Shown here piece by piece: positions 1-11,006 of a stretch of DNA of 64,000 nt. Within the stretch, counting starts at the first letter, position 1. Each line of letters starts with the position of its first letter. The position numbers and the translations under genes were made by a program. The stretch is from Pseudogymnoascus verrucosus (lineage: Eukaryota). Location of the stretch: the NCBI GenBank assembly GCA_001662655.1, contig KV460207.1; one strand, 5' to 3'. The notes beneath the pieces were generated by a model, which was given only the letters and a program-made list of their open reading frames with translations, did no database searches and had not been told where the DNA came from.

Positions 1-3
1 ATC

Positions 4-134
4 TTGGCAACTACTCGAGTACTACTCGAGTACTACTCGAGTAGTACTCGAGTAGTTCAGATTTCTTCGAGTCGAGTACTACTCGAGTAATTACTCGAGT
101 AGTACTCGCAACGAGTAGTACTCGGGCAACACTG
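4..134. mobile_element. Probable right end of a hAT-like DNA transposon/MITE with palindromic subterminal repeats
   Basis: Six exact CTCGAG palindromes (14, 25, 36, 47, 82, 94) in TACTCGAG units spaced 11-12 bp. The array ends in GGCAACACTG (125-134), whose reverse complement CAGTGTTGCC resembles hAT-type termini. The other end is outside the window. Confidence 0.45.
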
Positions 135-412
135 GACTAAAAGAAGCCTTTGATATGTTCTTAATGCGTAAGTTAATATGAGAAAAATCCTACGACACGA
201 GATTGGTATAACCAAGGCACTATGACATAACATTTGTTTTATTGTTCTTCTTTTGATATGGATACTTTTATTGACACAAAGCAACGCATTATTTCTCGAG
301 AAAACATGCGAAGTTAAGTGCTGTACATTTACTTTCATGGCCATAGGCAACCGACAGCAGCCTTTTGAAATGTCTGTAAGTCTATGCTTGGCGCCTTAAA
401 AAAATGACGGGA

Positions 413-1549
413 CTAAAAGATAGAAAGGATATTCGGAGGACTACACTCCAGAGTTAGCTACTTTTCATTGCGGTCACATTAGCCACTCCACATAAGCTTA
501 CCTAGCTACACCCCCGGTAACATTACACGGCTCACTGGTCACGAAGAAAGTGTATCTCTTCGTCGCTTCGCAATGTTTCGATAGCGCCTCAAGGTGGAAA
601 AGCTCTCCAATCGGCATCCCCCAGCCACCAAGCAAGACCTCATGCAGAAAGTAATCCTTCTGCGGAGGATAGCATTCGAAGGAAGGAGCATCGCCTCCAG
701 CCTACACACTAGAATATTAGCACCAACCATGATTTCATAATATAACCAATCAAAGCCAACTATCAAAGAACATACCGCAGCAAAATGATTATCCCATAAG
801 AACTCCAACATCTCCTCGCTCTGCTCTAATCCACTGAGCTGTGGTGGGCCCTCCCTCAATGCATGGAACCTCTTCTTCTCCTCATCGAGCTCTTCAAACG
901 CAGCGAACCACCCCGACCTTATAAGCAAAATATCACCGCGCCTAAACTCAGTACCCTGGAACGCCGCCACCTCCTTCAGCTGCCCCAAAGTAATCGAGCC
1001 CGTTGCAAATGGGTTGTAATCCGGCGACCCGCCCGTCTCTTTCCTCCATCTGTGGAAATCAAGCAATACTCCCCTTCCAACAATCCCCTTCTCGGCCATA
1101 TTATGTATCCCCAACTTATCCCCCGCTCCCTCTCCCACAATCTCTTGTTCTGTAGTGCCATTATAAAACAGCCTCTCCTTCTGGTACCCAAAGTGCCGTA
1201 GCCCATCCCACTGCGAGCTACACTGTGAGTTAAAGCTCCAGGTATCGTCACACACAACGCGAGGCGGAGCTTTCATGTAGACCTCGTGGTGGAAGGCGGC
1301 TCGGGCAAAAAATGGCGGGCAGAAGGAGCCGCGGGGAGTGTTCAAAGACCAATTTAGGGAGATGCGGTGGCCAGTGATGATGTTTTCGCGGGCGGCAAGG
1401 GCGACGAGGGGGGAGGTGAGTAGGTTGAGGGTGCCGAGTTCGTCGGAGGGGCCCCAGAGGCCCCAGGCTGAGTGGCGCGGGTGAGAAGGGGAGAGTGGGA
1501 GGGCGGAGAAGGGGGGAATATCTTTGAGGTTTCCATTTTGGGCTGCCAT
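413..1549 (-). CDS. Putative cyclase / kynurenine-formamidase-like metal-dependent hydrolase (3 exons: 1549-776, 701-502, 440-413; ~333 aa)
   Basis: Motifs AWGLWG..DELGTLNLL, SQWDGLRHF, GIVGRGVLLD, GDILLIRSG. Splicing at GT-AG sites restores the typical C-terminus LHEVLLGGWGMPIGELFHLE...TFFVTSEPCNVTGGVASPPNILSIF*. Confidence 0.85.
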
Positions 1550-2130
1550 TGTAGAGGAAATAAAAAACTCAATGATATAAGTATTGCTAAATATTACTCC
1601 GTGTTGCTGATTTGGTTTGTGGAATTGTTTTGATTTTAGAAACCCTTCAATGAGGGGTAACCCGAGGAAGCCATGTGGGCTGTGGCAGCTTTCACAACAT
1701 GCCCCTCAACCCATCCATGTTACCCCACGGGGAGATACGATTTGGTCGGATCCTCGACGATATTTCCGCAGCAATCCGAAGATACAACCGTACAACGCCC
1801 GTCGCCGGTAATAACATGTACTCTCTTGGCGCTTCTCCATGTTTTGTCCAAGAACCCCGCATTATGGGGGTATTCGGGTGTACTAGTGCAAGATTGGAGA
1901 ATTACTACTTGGCCGTTCCGTGGCAATACTCCGAACATTGGGGAAGTCAAAAGGTTCCCTTTGCCGAAAATAACCTCCTTCTTCATACATTATGGGTACC
2001 TTTTCATTTTCCTTTTCCCGCTTTGAAGTAGAGTTCATTTATAGCCTAGGGGTGCCGTCCATCTCGAAACAAAATCTGACGGATACTATTCTTCACACCT
2101 AAGAACGAATTGTTACAACAAACCGCTACA

Positions 2131-3238
2131 ATGCCAGGCCTACAAAGAATCAAAACTGAGTTGACCGACTTGCTCGGCATCAAGCATCCAATTCTCCTTG
2201 CTGGTACCTTTCCTCTTATCCTCCCTTCATCCCCGTCACGACCCACTAACCTGATTTCCAGGAATGGCACGGACATCCTCCGGTCTCCTCGCCGCCGCCG
2301 TTTCCAACGCTGGCGGCTGTGGTGTAGTAGGCGGCCTGAACTATACCCCAGAACAACTATTCTCCATCCTCAATGACCTCAAGGCAAACCTAAATGACCC
2401 TTCCCTTCCTTTTGGTGTGGATCTCGCCCTTCCTAAAATCGGCGCTGGCGCTCGAAAGACCAACCACGATTATACCCACGGACAGCTCGATGCTCTTATT
2501 GACGTCACCATCAATAGTGGGGCAAAGCTATTCGTGTGCGCTGTGGGAGTCCCACCCAAACATATCGTGGATAAATTGCATGCGAATGGCATTCTGGTTA
2601 TGAATATGGTGGGTGCCCCGAAGCATGCGAGGTATGCGCTTGAGGCAGGGGCAGATATGGTTTGCGCCCAAGGTGGCGAGGGGGGTGGGCACACTGGGGC
2701 GATCGCGACGAGCATTTTAATCCCGGCCGTCGTGGACGCGGTGCAAGGCTACAAATCTCCCATGACGGGCTGTACGCCACTGGTGATAGCCGCTGGCGGA
2801 ATACGCGACGGGCGCTCTCTGGCTGCGGCCCTGATGATGGGTGCAGCCGGCGTATGGGTCGGCACGCGCTTTGTGGCATCTGTGGAGGCGGGATGCTCGG
2901 AGGTGCACAAAGTCGAAGTTACGACTGCGACGTTTGACGACACAGTGCGAACGCTTGTGGTGAGTGGGCGGCCGATGCGGGTTAAGGCAAACGAGTACAT
3001 CAAGGCGTGGGAGAGGCAGCCGGAGAAGATTTTAGAGCTTACGCAGGCCGGAATTGTGCCGTATGAGAAGGATGTTGAAGACGGAGTGGAGGCCGACAGG
3101 CCATTTTTGATGGGGCAAGTTGCCGCGGTGATTGGAGAGATCGAGCCGGCAGGGAAGATTGTGGAGGATATGGTCGATGGGGCTGTTAAGATGCTGTCGA
3201 AAGGATCAAAGTTCATAGGGCTTGGGGCGCGGTTGTAA
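2131..3238 (+). CDS. Nitronate monooxygenase / 2-nitropropane dioxygenase-family (FabK-like) FMN oxidoreductase (exons 2131-2203, 2262-3238)
   Basis: Motifs LTDLLGIKHPILLAGM, LAAAVSNAGG, AQGGEGGGH, IAAGGIRDGR, GVWVGTRF. Ends in -ARL (PTS1). Confidence 0.9.
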
Positions 3239-3491
3239 TTTCTAGCAGTTAGAAGAAAATAAGCCAAGCTATATAAGTGAAGGAAGTTGGGGAGTATTTA
3301 AACGAAGCACTCTGGTTAGTTTATTGCAAATAGATAGATTGTTGGATGCTCAAATTACACAGAAACTACCAAAAACAGGACGCCTAGTTGCTAAATCCCA
3401 TATTCGTGGCAGCACCTCCCGACATAAAATCTTCTCGCCAAAACAGGAGAAAAATGACCCCTCGCTTAGTATTTACTCCTATCTTCCTCCC

Positions 3492-6107
3492 TTAAAAACC
3501 CGCCCTCATATCTTCTCCCTCCCCACTCTCCAGTATACTTCCTCCAAGATACATCCCAAACTGACTCTCCACATTCAGCAGCCCTTTTAACATATCCCAT
3601 CGAATATCGCTTGAGTCAAAGTTAAGATAATCGGGCGACGGTCCGCCCTCCTCGCAGACCGCAGGAGCATCGGTATTTATCCCGGCGATGTCGTTGTTGT
3701 GACTGAGGTCATACATACTAGAATTGACGCAGACAGTTGGCGGGGATAAGTGTAAGAGAGGTACGGCAGTGGAGTGGACGAACGGAGTAAGGTTTGTCAG
3801 GAGTAGTTGGTGTTCTGGGGTTGAGCTGTATGCGTCAGGCTGATGTGCTGAAAGTGGCGGCGATGGTGCATGGTCTGTACCCTCCCATGGTGCCTCTAGG
3901 TTAAAACTGAGCGTGTCGGCGAGAACGTGCAGAACTTCGAGGGACTTCTCTGCAGAAATGTGCCCCTTAGCAGCAGCCCGGAGCCCGCGCCACAGTATTA
4001 TGATATGCTGTGCGAGGGTGGCAGTCTGGGAGTCGGTAGCGTTATTACCATCAGCATTATGCATGACGTCTTCGGGGAGCGTCGAGCGCAACCGGTACGC
4101 AAGCAATAGTACGATGCTAGCACGGACAATATGCGTGCAAACCATGTCATTACAGCGGTGTGAGAAGACGTCTTCCCAATTCTCTGTGCGGGCCACGCGC
4201 TGCATAATACTTGCGGTGAGGGTGGCAATCTCGATGCTTTTCTTAAGGCAGAAGCTGCGCATGGCCCCGGAGAGGGTGCTATCCGTGAAATGGCGGCTGA
4301 AGAGGGCAAGGCGGGCCTGTTGGCCGACAAAGACGAGTTTGAGAGTTGATGGCTCAATGGCCGAGGTTTCGGACGGGTCGCAGAGGCCACCAGGGTACTT
4401 CTGCCAGCACGCAAAGAGTTGAGCGTCAATCCTCTTCATGGTTTCCATGTCACTGTCTTCGTAGTGCGAGAGAGCGCCAAACTGGATGATAGCGTCAAGA
4501 TTGATGACGACGGAGATGGAGGCGCGGAAAAAGTCGAACGATTCTGATGCCGTCGTGCCCTTGTTATCAATTTCATTCGGTAGATCCACGTCGCAGTCTT
4601 CGTCTAGGAGCGAAACGGGTCGCCCACATGTCAGGGCAACGACACGGTCCACTATATAGGCGCCCCAGAAGAGGCGGTTTCGCGACTCGATTTCAACGTT
4701 AAAGAGTTGATGCGGCGATGGCCGCTTGTGGAGGCCGAGGTCCTGTATTATGCGCGAGGTGATGCCTGTGATGACCCAACAGGGGCTCGGGAGAGAGGCA
4801 CCCATCAAATAGACACTCATAAGAAGGCTGATAATTGCATCGTCCAACGTGTAGCGTGCCTTGATCAGCCCTCTGCCATGATATTTTCGGGCGGCCTCAA
4901 AGAACTCCCATCCATTCTTCATCTGACGACCGCTATTGTGTCGGACTTCGGCTAAATCAGACATTTGTGCGCCAACAGCCCAAACCATCATAAGGATGGA
5001 GAAGTCGGCCACAATCTGGTCATGCTCGTAGTGTACAGGAGACCCCGTGTAAATGCGCTGGAACTTTATGAGGATCGAAGGCCAGTACAACATGGGTGTA
5101 TGTGCTTGGACACTGTTTCTGTACACCTCCAGCAGCTTAGCTCCGAGGGGCTGCGGTGGTAGCTGTGACCGCAACTCTGCTGATAAATTTGACTGCACAG
5201 CATCCTGACGGATCGTCTCCAAAGAAGGGCTCCACAACGCCCTTGATGATGGGAGTTCGTATCCTAGCTGTTGCACATATTCACGTACATTGTCTAGGAA
5301 GACCATTTCAGACGTTGCGCCAAAGAAGTGATGCGCCTTCTTCCCATCACCTGTGACATAGGACTGTAGACTCGAGGTGCCGTGGGTGGAGCGTCGCCTT
5401 CTCCGTAAACGGTCCGTATCTATGATCTCAGATGCAGATCCGCTGTCTGAAAGCACATCGGCCGTTCTCTTTGTTCCAGTAATAGAGCAACTTGGTGTCG
5501 GCACTCGAGTTTGAGACCCCTGGCGGGTATGGTTACTTTGGGATCCCGTTCCATTCACGCGTGCCGCACCCGGAATATTTTCAACTCGCTCTGATACTTT
5601 CTTTAAAGTCTGTTCAAGCTCACGAAGGCGCATCCTAATAGGCACGACATAAATACATGGTCTCCCAAGGGATGTTGAAACATGGATTTGAAAAGAACGA
5701 GCCATACTTACTCAGAAATCGCACTTGGTCCAGTGGATCTTGAAGCATCCGCCACCTCACACACAATGCCCGCAGAGACACACGAAGAGCATTGTCCTGT
5801 CCGTGACGTGTCACACTAGATACGAAAGAATCAGTCAACGTTAAGTCCCTTAGGATACCAATCGGCCATTTTCTTGGATGAAAGTTAAAACCTATGACTT
5901 TGCACATACCTTAGTTTTCCTAGTCCGGCACGCGTTACATGCTCTGCTCTCGCGCTGCCTCCTAAAAGGGCGCCTGAAGCGTGGTTGCTGGTTTTCTTCT
6001 GTACTTGGCAATCGAACAGCAGCTGAGACAGCACTAGGGGCAGCAGAAGGAGCATCAGACGGATCGTCAGTAGAGCGAAGATTCGGCACCAAGATTTCTG
6101 CCGCCAT
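3492..6107 (-). CDS. Zn2Cys6 transcription factor with fungal-specific TF (middle homology) domain (exons ~6107-5910, 5815-5712, 5634-3492)
   Basis: The spliced zinc cluster reads CNACRTRKTK|CDTSRTGQCSSCVSAGIVC. Later motifs are IQDLGLH, RNRLFWGAYIVDR..ALTCGRP and DVDLP. Confidence 0.9.
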
Positions 6108-6570
6108 AGCCGGTTCTTGAGGTCTTATGGTAGAAATTCTGCGTCTTGGGCACCCACATGGAAACCAGAGGTGTCCTAGTGTTGAATGAATCGAAACGGG
6201 GATGTGGATTTGGCAGGGAAACGATGAAGTTAGTGACTGCGGAAGGAGACTTCATCTACCGAATATGAAGGCAAAGTTAGTTGTAAGGTCATGACATTAT
6301 TACAGTGAGGTCGAAGACTCAACAGAGCAAGATGCAGGGAAGACGGCTAGTTCTCTAGGGCGTCATACAAAATCTGGGGTCAAAAAGTGGGGAAGGTATC
6401 CTGTAAACGATGCATACGAAGTAATACTGTAAGTGAACTAAGATAAATGCGTCCACTAACTTTGGCTACTATTAACAATCTGCGTGATGTTATTAGTAAA
6501 GAAGGAATTAAGTCTAGAGCAAACCAAGAGCCTCTGAAATCCCATATTTTCGGATATAAATATACCCTTC

Positions 6571-7132
6571 TTTGGACGCCGCCCTTTTAAATGTGTTCCG
6601 GCCCGGCCTATTCGCGAATGTGACATATTCGTAGTGGTTTGGCCGAAACAATGTTAATTGTATGAAACAGGGGGCAAGGTGTCACAACAGCAAGGATAAC
6701 ATAGCTAATAGATTAGTAGTTAAAAATCTGCTGCTTTTCAACTCGTGCGTATGATTATACTATGTATATGAATACTTACATAGGCCTTATTTTTCAGCAT
6801 GATAGTGCTCTTGGCCATTAGGCACATCAGACCTATGACCGACTACAAGAGCTTGGAATACCATGGATAAGATGGCCTGCTTCCTCACCAGACATGGGCC
6901 CAATTGAGGTTATAAGATTTTATGAAGGATTGGCTACAGAATAGGTATCATCCTAACGACCATAGGAGTTGCCATTGACGCGTGTAAAGGAGCACCTCTA
7001 GGGTGGGTTATGGAACTACTCTCGTAGGAGTCAAAGAGGAAGCGGTGTCAGACATTCATTGACGCACAAGGTGACGAGAGGAAGTACTGGATCAGGGCGG
7101 CACTTCCAAACCTACACAGTGAATGAACGTAT
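6571..7132 (+). mobile_element. Degenerate, internally deleted Tc1/mariner (DD34E) transposon relic
   Basis: 6783-6914 translates GLIFQHDSALGH*AHQTYDRLQELGIPWIRWPASSPDMGPIEVI, with D at 6801 and E at 6906 separated by exactly 34 codons. Frameshifted pieces MKDWLQNRY and RCQTFIDAQG..KY follow. Imperfect inverted repeats lie at 6571-6585 and 7094-7110. Confidence 0.8.
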
Positions 7133-7657
7133 ATTACCCCTGTTAAGACTAAGTCCTGTTTTTATTTTCCTCTTTAATGGAGGTACAATGGCGGAACGGT
7201 TGTTCTATCCGGGGGGCGCTAATTCCATATATGGTCGAGACTGGTGAGCAAGGTCCACGGCATTATGAAATTTAGCTGGGTATGTGGAAATAAAAAAGTT
7301 GCCTTGCCGACATCCGCGGATTATCATCCGTGGTAATACTTCGGGAGATTAGTCAGCAAGGAATACTAGCACGGGCTTTCCAAGAGACAAACGTCGCCAT
7401 GGTCGACTTGTTCCATCAACCTAGTGAGTATTGCTTCTGAATAGGCCTCTGACTGACATATGGAACTTGTTATAGAAATGCCTGATATTGTGAAGCTATC
7501 AAGCATTTGCGTCTGAAGATTCTTAAGGAGCGAAGAACCAATGTTATTAGCCTTCCTAGCCTGGTTATGATACGTATTTGGAACTCCAAGCCACATGCTC
7601 TCCCCCAAATGAGCATAAAAGCGTGAACAAAACCGCAATAACTTGTACTCCAATTCT

Positions 7658-9544
7658 CTATGTTGTGTACCGGAATTGCGGGTTCTAAGAAAATAGTTAG
7701 CCTCGATCTACAAAGCCGAATTGGCCAAGGAGAGAGAAGGTGACCGACCTTCCTGTCAGTGAGATCATCCTCATATGCATGGTCAAAGCCTTCTGGAATA
7801 CCAGCCTCGTCACGAATATCGTTATCCCGAACTGCGAGATACCAGTATATGGCAATCAGAGCCATGGTCGCCAGAGCCGTCGCGAGCACGCCGATGAAGG
7901 CAGGAGCGTATGCGGGTGCATCTTGCGGCTTGAAGAGCCTAAGACGTGGTTAATATATGTTGGATTGTTAGATAAATTTGAGAGAGGTAGGACCCACAAT
8001 GGCCCAATGAGATTCCCAACACAATAGCCGATGAAGACACCAGCAGCGTTCAACGTCCTCTTCGTATAACCAGCGCTATTTGCCATGACTACACCGAGGA
8101 GGACCGCATAAGTGCCTCCTAAAGAAGCAATGATATACGCGGCGAAGAGAAGCCCACCCTTGTTGCTTCGCGGAAGCTGCCACTGCAATATACACGAGAC
8201 AACTGTTGGTACTTGACAACATAACATAATAATACATCTCTTGTTCTTGAACTTGTAGGCGGCAAAAGCGGCAGCGAGCTCAATGCAACCCGTGATAAAT
8301 CCAGCTGGAATGGTAAGCAGTAGAGTGTTCAGCGGATTCAAACCAAAGTTTTGCACTATAATTGGCGTGAACGTCGAGTATGGTCCGTTCCCGACCATCA
8401 TCAGCAGCGCGATAAAGAAGTGCAGCCAAAAGCGGACGTCAAGTAGGGTCTCCATGACCTGCTCGCCCTTCCAGTGGGTATTACGCACCCCGGTATTATT
8501 CTCCTGCATGCGCGCCACGGCGATATACCGCTCACGGGGTGTGAAACCTCTTGCTCGGATAGGATCGGGAGGGAGAAAGAAGTATACTACTACAGCCCAT
8601 ATGATCGTGATGGCGCCGGCGACAAGGTACATGTACTTCCACGGGCTCAGCGAACCCTTGATCTGTCCAAGGCCGTAGTTGATTAAGGGTGAGACGACGC
8701 CGGCATAGCCCGTGCAACAGAACCACGCGCCCATGCGTAGTGCTTGCTCCTGCTTGCGGTACCAACCGCCGACGACGATCATGAAGATAGGGGAGACACC
8801 ACCCTCGAGCAAGCCGAGGAGGAAGCGCTGCGCCCAGAGACCTTGGTGATTGGTACATGCGGCGGTGGCCATGAGGCAGATGCCCCATACAAATATTAGG
8901 CCAGCGGCAACGCGTTCAATCGGGTACTTCTGTGCAAGTAGGGAGCAGGGATAAGAGCCGAATAGGAAGCCGATATAGAGGATTGCAGAGCTGAAACTGT
9001 CTATGTTGGTGCTTCGTTAGTCTTGGAAGACTCGCGACGTACTAAGGAGTAATAAGAGGAGGAAGCTTACATCGATTTCCGACGTTGAGATCTAGGTCAG
9101 TTCTGATGCCGAAGATGGCCTTGGAGATGTCAGTTTTCATATACCACGAACTAGATTTTAAATCCTAACTGACTGCTTGCGAGAGCATGGCTTTATCATA
9201 ATACTGTAAGCCATATCTGTTATCCTCAGTCAGCACAAGTTTAAACTGGTGTTTTGAAGAGTTTATTTTAATAGTACTTACGTGAAACACAAAATGGGAA
9301 GGAGCTGCCAGTCCAGTTTCCGGAGAAGCCTTTTTTCCTCCTCAGGGGACCATGCATCATCTCCGTGCTCCTGAGCAAGGACTTTTATGGCCTCATCGTT
9401 GTAAACAGTGTCGGCTGACGTGATCTTCAAGGAGTTAATCACTGCTTGGTCCGCTGCGATGTGGGTTGCAGATAAGGTCTTCTCGATGTCCTCTTTGTGG
9501 GTTGCAGATGAGGTCTTCTCGACGTCCTCCGTTTCGGAAACCAT
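7658..9544 (-). CDS. MFS permease, Dal5/allantoate (anion:cation symporter) family, multi-exon
   Basis: EEKRLLRKLDWQLLP, YGLQYYDKAMLSQA|AIFGIRTDL, RFLLGLLE, WYRKQEQALR, PWKYMYL, NSAGYTKR and C-terminal DLTDRK|NPQFRYTT*. The first four exons splice in frame. Confidence 0.9.
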
Positions 9545-10185
9545 TGTTGCGTCCAAGTTTGTTTCCAACTAGAACACAGTATGTGAGAGTATGTGAGATA
9601 GTATAGAAGAAAGAAAGGGGTCGTGAGTGATCTCTAGCAATGTGGAAAACTATTGCACTGATAATCCGGAGTAGAGTTCTAGATCTGGGTCTCCCAGGTT
9701 GTTTTAAACTCCTAGCACTGCTAAGGAATGCGGGGAAGTTTCCATGGAATTATTCCCCACCTCCACTATGTCCCCGGACTATAGCCCATCCCCACGGGAC
9801 AGCTCCTTCCCCGCAGCTACCCCAGACCAGTAATCGTATTGCCAAGAATCTCCCCAGATTATGAGAGTCTGTGCTGAAATGATGAAAGGCTAGTAACCGC
9901 CAAAGTCGGGATATCCACGGAATTCCGGGGAATTTGGTAAATTCGTAGCTATGTATGTGGCGTTCCATGGCAAGTTTGAGATTGCTCCGTGAAGTGGTCC
10001 ACGGGTGAGCATCCGCGGCTGTTGCCCAAAAGAATCCTGAACTCATGAACTCCTGAACTCCAAAACATCACATCACCAGTCGTACAAGCCATTCATGCGT
10101 CCGGATTTTTAATCCAACATCCTGTAACTGGTCGGCTAGATGAAATTTTGAGCTGTTAATACATACCCATGAGCATACTTTATCT

Positions 10186-10243
10186 TCTGCACACTTTATT
10201 ATCTGCACTTTGTTTCTGCACACTTTATTATCTGCACTTTGTT
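10186..10243. repeat. 29-bp tandem duplication (TCTGCACACTTTATTATCTGCACTTTGTT x2)
   Basis: Read directly from the sequence. Confidence 0.9.
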
Positions 10244-11006
10244 CCTGCAGTCTACCGAACTTTTTGTTCTCGGTGTTCTTCTTCCGATTGTCTAGAAGAG
10301 ATGGAACGATGGTTCAACTCCGTAATGAAACTCCCAGTGGCATCATAACTCTCCTCCCTTCCTAAAAGAAGGAAACCAAAAACAACAAAAATGCTTCTTC
10401 TTCCGATTTTAATACACAGTTTCAAGAATCTAATTGATTTAGCTACGGTTTACCTTACAAAAAAAACCTGTGATCCTCTATGGTGTTTAGAAGACTGGGT
10501 GACTCGTGAGCCGTGTTCTTATATCAAGAATTCTAAATGATGATCTAGAACCAAAGGAAGTAAAGTTTAAGTCTTCTTGGAGAGATCATGTCTATATTTA
10601 CCCAAGTACAGGCCGCTTTTTACAAATTATCTCACGGTATATAACGATCTAGGTAAGGTAGTTAAGTACTCTCTTCTTCGGCCGACGCTTTTCATTGTAT
10701 TCAGTGACCCTGTTGCACGTTAGTTGCTACGATACTTCTAGAGAACCTTTCCTGTAAATTAGCATATTTATCTATTCACTTTAAACATTTGTAGCACGGC
10801 ATAATATGTCGTGCGTTACGAATTGCAAGGGCCGGCTCATCGAACATCCTTTCCTTGGAACAACAGGTAGATACATCATGTATTCTAGTGACATTCAAGA
10901 GAGTTAATAATCGTGCGGCATGTACTCCGTATATGTAGATTTATGAAAGTAAAAGCTATGTATGAGAAAAAACGAGGCAATGTAGTGTCGAGGTAATAAC
11001 TCAACC

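Noticed and set aside
11..125. CRISPR-like appearance of the short repeats
   Set aside because: No unique spacers, units only about 11 bp, eukaryotic context and no cas genes.
57..350. 97-aa minus-strand ORF
   Set aside because: Runs through the CTCGAG repeat array and AT-rich 3' flank, with no protein-like motifs.
9460..9530. 33-bp internal duplication in the permease N-terminus (EDVEKTSSATH/EDIEKTLSATH)
   Set aside because: Real but in a variable cytosolic tail, probably neutral.
10300..10950. AT-rich stretch as possible TE or gene relic
   Set aside because: Trial translations gave no recognisable motif.
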